From Squalus acanthias (taxonomy: Eukaryota): a DNA stretch of 64,000 bases. The number at the start of each line of letters is the position of its first letter. Position 1 is the stretch's first letter. Made by a program: the position numbers and the translations under genes. Positions 59,850 to 64,000 of this stretch are shown one piece after another. Below the pieces are notes generated by a model. That model was not told where the DNA came from and did not search any database. It saw only the letters and a list, made by a program, of their open reading frames with translations. The stretch covers positions 39,930,001-39,994,000 of the forward strand of contig CM059432.1 of NCBI GenBank assembly GCA_030390025.1. Direction: 5' to 3'.

Positions 59850-60373
59850 TCCCTCATAAAATCATAAAATCTTACATTTGGCCCATCATGCCTGTGCCAC
59901 CTCTTTGGAAGGCTATCCAATTAGTACCACATTCCTGTTCTTTCCCCATAGTCCAAAAGTTTTCAAGTATATATCAATTGTCTTTTGAAAGTTAATACTG
60001 AATCTGCTTCCACCACCCTTTCAGGCAATGTATTCCAGATCATAACAACTCGCTGCGTAAAAACATTCTGCTCATCTCCCCTTTGGTTCTTTTGCGAATT
60101 ACCTTAAATCTGTGTCCTCTGGTTACCGACCCACCTGCCAGTGGAAACAGCTTCTCCTTATTTACTCTTTCAAAAACCCCTCATAATTTTGAATACCTCT
60201 ATTAACTCCCCCCCTCAACAGTCACTGCTCTAAGGAGAACAATACCAGCTTCTCCAGTCTCTCCACATAACTGAAGTCTTTCATCCCTGGTATCAATCTG
60301 GTAGATCTCCACTGCACTCTCTCCAAGGCCTTGACATACTTCCTAAAGTGTGATGCCCAGAATTGGACACAAT
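59850..60373 (-). mobile_element. CR1 3' fragment
   Basis: Reverse complement of CR1 RT C-terminus and 3' UTR; truncated by the element starting at 60374. Confidence 0.8.
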
Positions 60374-63300
60374 GGCCCCGATATTAACTGCGAGGTGTGT
60401 TGGGAGCGGGGAGGGGTCCGATATCGCATGGGAAACCCAGAAGCAATTTCAGCGCATCTGTCTGTGGCATTTTAACGTGGCCACCTCATTATCATTTGAC
60501 TTCTAGGTTTGGCATCGAATGCGTGGCAACAGGCGTGGTACAGACCCACGTGACTGGGGCTCCACTCCAGTATTTAAAGGGCCAATCCGGAGATGGTATT
60601 TGGAGGAGTTGGGAGGTTTGGCACAGAGACTGCAATTTCACAATTGATTCAGGACGTCAAAGGCTGCGCCCCGCTTTAATGAAGCCTCACTTAATGTACT
60701 GCTGGGGGCAGTGACGAGCAGGAGAGAGATACTTTTCCCCAGTAACGGGAGAAGAAACCTGCTGCTGCCACAAAGCAGGCGTGGCTGGATGTGGCTGAGG
60801 AGGTCAGCAGCAGGAGCATTGTGCCATGCTCCTGGCTTCAGTGCAGGAAGAGCTTTAATGACCTAACCAGGTCAAGAAAGGTGAGTACAGTTGCACTTTC
60901 ACCTACGTCCTGCTGAGCGCATCACCGCCCTCCATGCCCCCCACCACCCGCCTCCACACTGTGCCTTGTCAAGCCTATTCCATCATATCACTCCTCATAG
61001 CCACTTACTTTCGAAGCGCACCCATCCTTCTCTTTCTATGCACTTCCTCACATTCCTAACTATCCATCCACTGCTGCCACACACCCTCATCATTATACAA
61101 TTTCCTGCCTCTCCCTGATAGTCACCCTCATCAAATGCACTGCATCCATCGCGTGAACACATGCCATTACAGTCACTCATAGGTCTGTTCTTCCCCTGTT
61201 GCGGGAGAAAAGTGCACAAAATACAAGGGTGAGTGAGAGGACCGGAGTTGGTCCTCCACAGATCTCGCAGCTGATAACTGCAGAGCAGCAAGCGCTGGAG
61301 ATCAGTAGCATCTCGGTGTCCCTGGCCATCGAAGATGGCGAGATGTGGACCTCCCTTGGTGACTGATTTCAGCAGCGAGTAAAATATGATCATCTTCATA
61401 ATGATAAGTTGCAACATTCTTACCTTGCCAGTACTAATTCATACCTTTTCTCTTCGCCAGGTCCTTCACGCGTGCAGCAGCAGTCGGTGGACGTTACGGG
61501 CGACGAATCTTCAGGGGAGCTGGTTCCCTCTGAGGGTGCACCGTCCCAGGACTCGTGCTTACCATGTGCCAGCACAGATACTCACACTTCGGTGGGTCCA
61601 GTTAAGACAGATAGTTGGGTTTTCACCTGGTGACTCACACTTCATAAGTGAGCAAGAACAGACAGTGGTGGCAGGGACAGCTTTGGAGAGTCTGCATCGG
61701 AGGGCATAGTCCTTTCCAAGCTCTGCTCAGCTGGACACAGATGCTGTACCCTGGGGGCCGTCGATGAAAAGAATAATAATGATGGGCAGCAGAGAACTGA
61801 CAGGCCTTCCACGCACACCGTCCACGACTGCAGAGAGAAAGGAGGAGTCCACCTCAAGCATGAGTGGGATGATGTTGCAGGTCATTGCGAGGATGTCTTC
61901 TTCCGTGGATAGAGTGGCCAAATCTGTGGAACATCAATCGCGCCAATCAAATGAATCCATGCAGGCCTTGACTGCGGCCGTCCAGACTCTTAATGCCAAC
62001 ATGTCTGGCACCTTAAATAGAATGACAGACACCTTAGCCTAGGCCTTACAGCACGTCACTGATCTGCACCAAACTGCTCTCCATCAGAGTAGTAGGAGTG
62101 AAGTGCAGCTGGCCCATGAGAGTGATGATGGTGAAAGGGGACATGGAAGTGGCGACTCCACTCAAAGCACTCCCACTTCTCAACCGTTGCTGTTTCCTCA
62201 GTTAGTACCCGGCATGCTGCCTTCTATCCCGATGGCCAAGTCAGCCCCTGCACAGCTACAGGTGAAGCATTTTTTGGCAGGTTCCTCACAGGCTTCAAAG
62301 CCCAGAGGTTATTGGCCAAGAGCATCTCAGCATTCAGAGCAGGGGTCTGAGCAGCCTGCCTCTACCTCTGCTCAAGCCACGGGGGTTGCACCACGTAGGA
62401 GCAGTAGGAAAAGAGTAAAGCTTTGTAGTTGCACAAGGGTATGCACATGGGTGTATGAGAAAATGTTACATGTTTTCGTTCTTTAGTAGAACCACATAAA
62501 ATGTATTACTTTGCACCACTTCCCCGTGTTGGCCATTCTTGGTGTTGGGTGGCAACTCGTCGTTTCGGTTGTTTGTTGATGAATGGGAAGACATGAATTG
62601 ACGGGAACCAATGGGGGGATGTGTAAAGGGTGGCTGTTTGGAAGCAGGACTGCTTTGTGTCTGTGGGATTGGCGGGGAGGGAATGACAGTGGCAGTTGGA
62701 TGTGGTTGTTACATGGGTCTAGTGGTGGTAACTAACTGAACCTTACAGCTAGAAGGGAATCCCTGGCATCCCAGGCAGCAATGTGAGCAGCTGGTGCTGC
62801 GATGGGGTCGCCATCTTCCTCCTCCTCCATCTCCTCCTCGGATTCGTCCGCAGACGATGTGTGCTCAGCGCCTTGTTCCTCCTGTGGCTCCAATCCTTGC
62901 TGCTGCGCAATGTGGTGCAGAGCACAGCATACCACGATCATTCTGGAGACACTGGCTGGTGAGAACTGAAAGGCGCCTCCAGATCTGTCCAGGCACCTGA
63001 AGTACATCTTGAGCATGGCGATCACTTGCTCAATGACACATCTGGTTCTCATTGTACTGCTCTTGGGCTTCCTTGGTTGGGTTTCTCACGGGTGTCATCA
63101 GCCAAATATGAAGGGGGTATCCTTTGTCTCCTAGCAGCCATCCCTTAAGTCTCTTTCCAGATCCAAAGAGCCGAGGGAGCTTGGACTGCCACAGGACAAA
63201 AGCATCATGGCAGCTCCTGGGAATCTGGCACACACCTACATAAACCTTTTCTTGTTGTTGCACACCAGCTGCATGTTGATGGAGTGGAACCCCTTGCGGT

Positions 63301-64000
63301 TAACGAATACTCCTGCTTGATCTGGGGTGCGCGGATAGCCATGTGTGTGAAGTCGATGACACACTGCACCTGTGGGCAGCCAGCCAGAGACACAAACCCA
63401 AGCGCCCACTCATTTTAACTGGTGCCATCACAGGCGACGTTGACAAATAGTTGCCAGCCCTGGCAAACAACCCATCAGTGACCTGCCTTATGGATTTGTG
63501 TGCAGCTGACTGGGAGATCCTGGATATGTCTCCAGCAGATCTCAGGAAGGATCTGGAGGCAAAAAAGTTGAGGGCAGTGGTGACTTTCACAGCCATTGGT
63601 AATGCGTGGCCACCAAGTCCAGCAGTGAGCAGGTCTTCGTCTAGGATGCTACAGATGTCGTCCACCACCTGACGTGACGACTTCAGCCTGGGGAAGCACA
63701 GCTCTTCCGAGAGGTCAAGGAAGCTGAGCCTCTGCCTGTACTCCCTGTTACACGGGTAGTGCCTCCTGCCAGCCCAACGCCTCTGCTGCTCCCCTCTATG
63801 CTCACCACCTGCAGGTCTCTCAGGTTGCTGCTGCTGATGATACTCATCTTGATCCTCATCTGAGGTCCAATGCGCCGCCATCCTCATCTGAGGATGTCCA
63901 AACTGTAGAAACTAACCTCTCACCACAAGTACTGTGAACAAACCCTTTCCCAGTGGGAGGTAACAAAGCAGCTGTGAGCACTGGGTATTTATTGCACAAT
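60374..64000. mobile_element. Decayed autonomous-type Harbinger of a different family; right end lies outside the window
   Basis: Left end GGCCCCGATATT; Myb-like gene remnant on + (about 60650-62415, donor AAG|GTGAGT at 60880); frameshifted transposase on -. Confidence 0.88.
62732..63887 (-). pseudogene. Harbinger transposase pseudogene
   Basis: Fragments in four ORFs: ALNFFAS, VIDFTH, SCHDAFVL, WLLGDKGYPL, RCVIEQ.IAMLK..FRCL, CCALH. Confidence 0.9.

Overview
Repeat-rich vertebrate DNA. The repeat families suggest a cartilaginous fish (shark-like); this is an inference, not a database result. The only host gene I can support is a class A orphan GPCR with a single coding exon (about 29065-30063, +), lying in a largely repeat-free, CpG-retaining island of about 3.4 kb. 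The rest is layered mobile DNA: CR1 and L2 LINEs, SINEs, Penelope-type hairpin ends, a 1.5 kb solo LTR and many PIF/Harbinger DNA transposons. Two things stand out. (1) A near full-length CR1-group LINE (14054-17468, -) has a tRNA-derived A/B-box head, no room for ORF1, and no TTTT run on its sense strand in this copy or two sister copies, which suggests an autonomous LINE transcribed by RNA polymerase III. (2) A structurally complete young Harbinger (50078-54414) has TIRs, a TTA TSD, an open 386-aa transposase and a three-exon Myb/SANT partner gene, and two 893-bp non-autonomous relatives lie in the same window. Boundaries of old repeats are approximate and all comparisons were made by eye.
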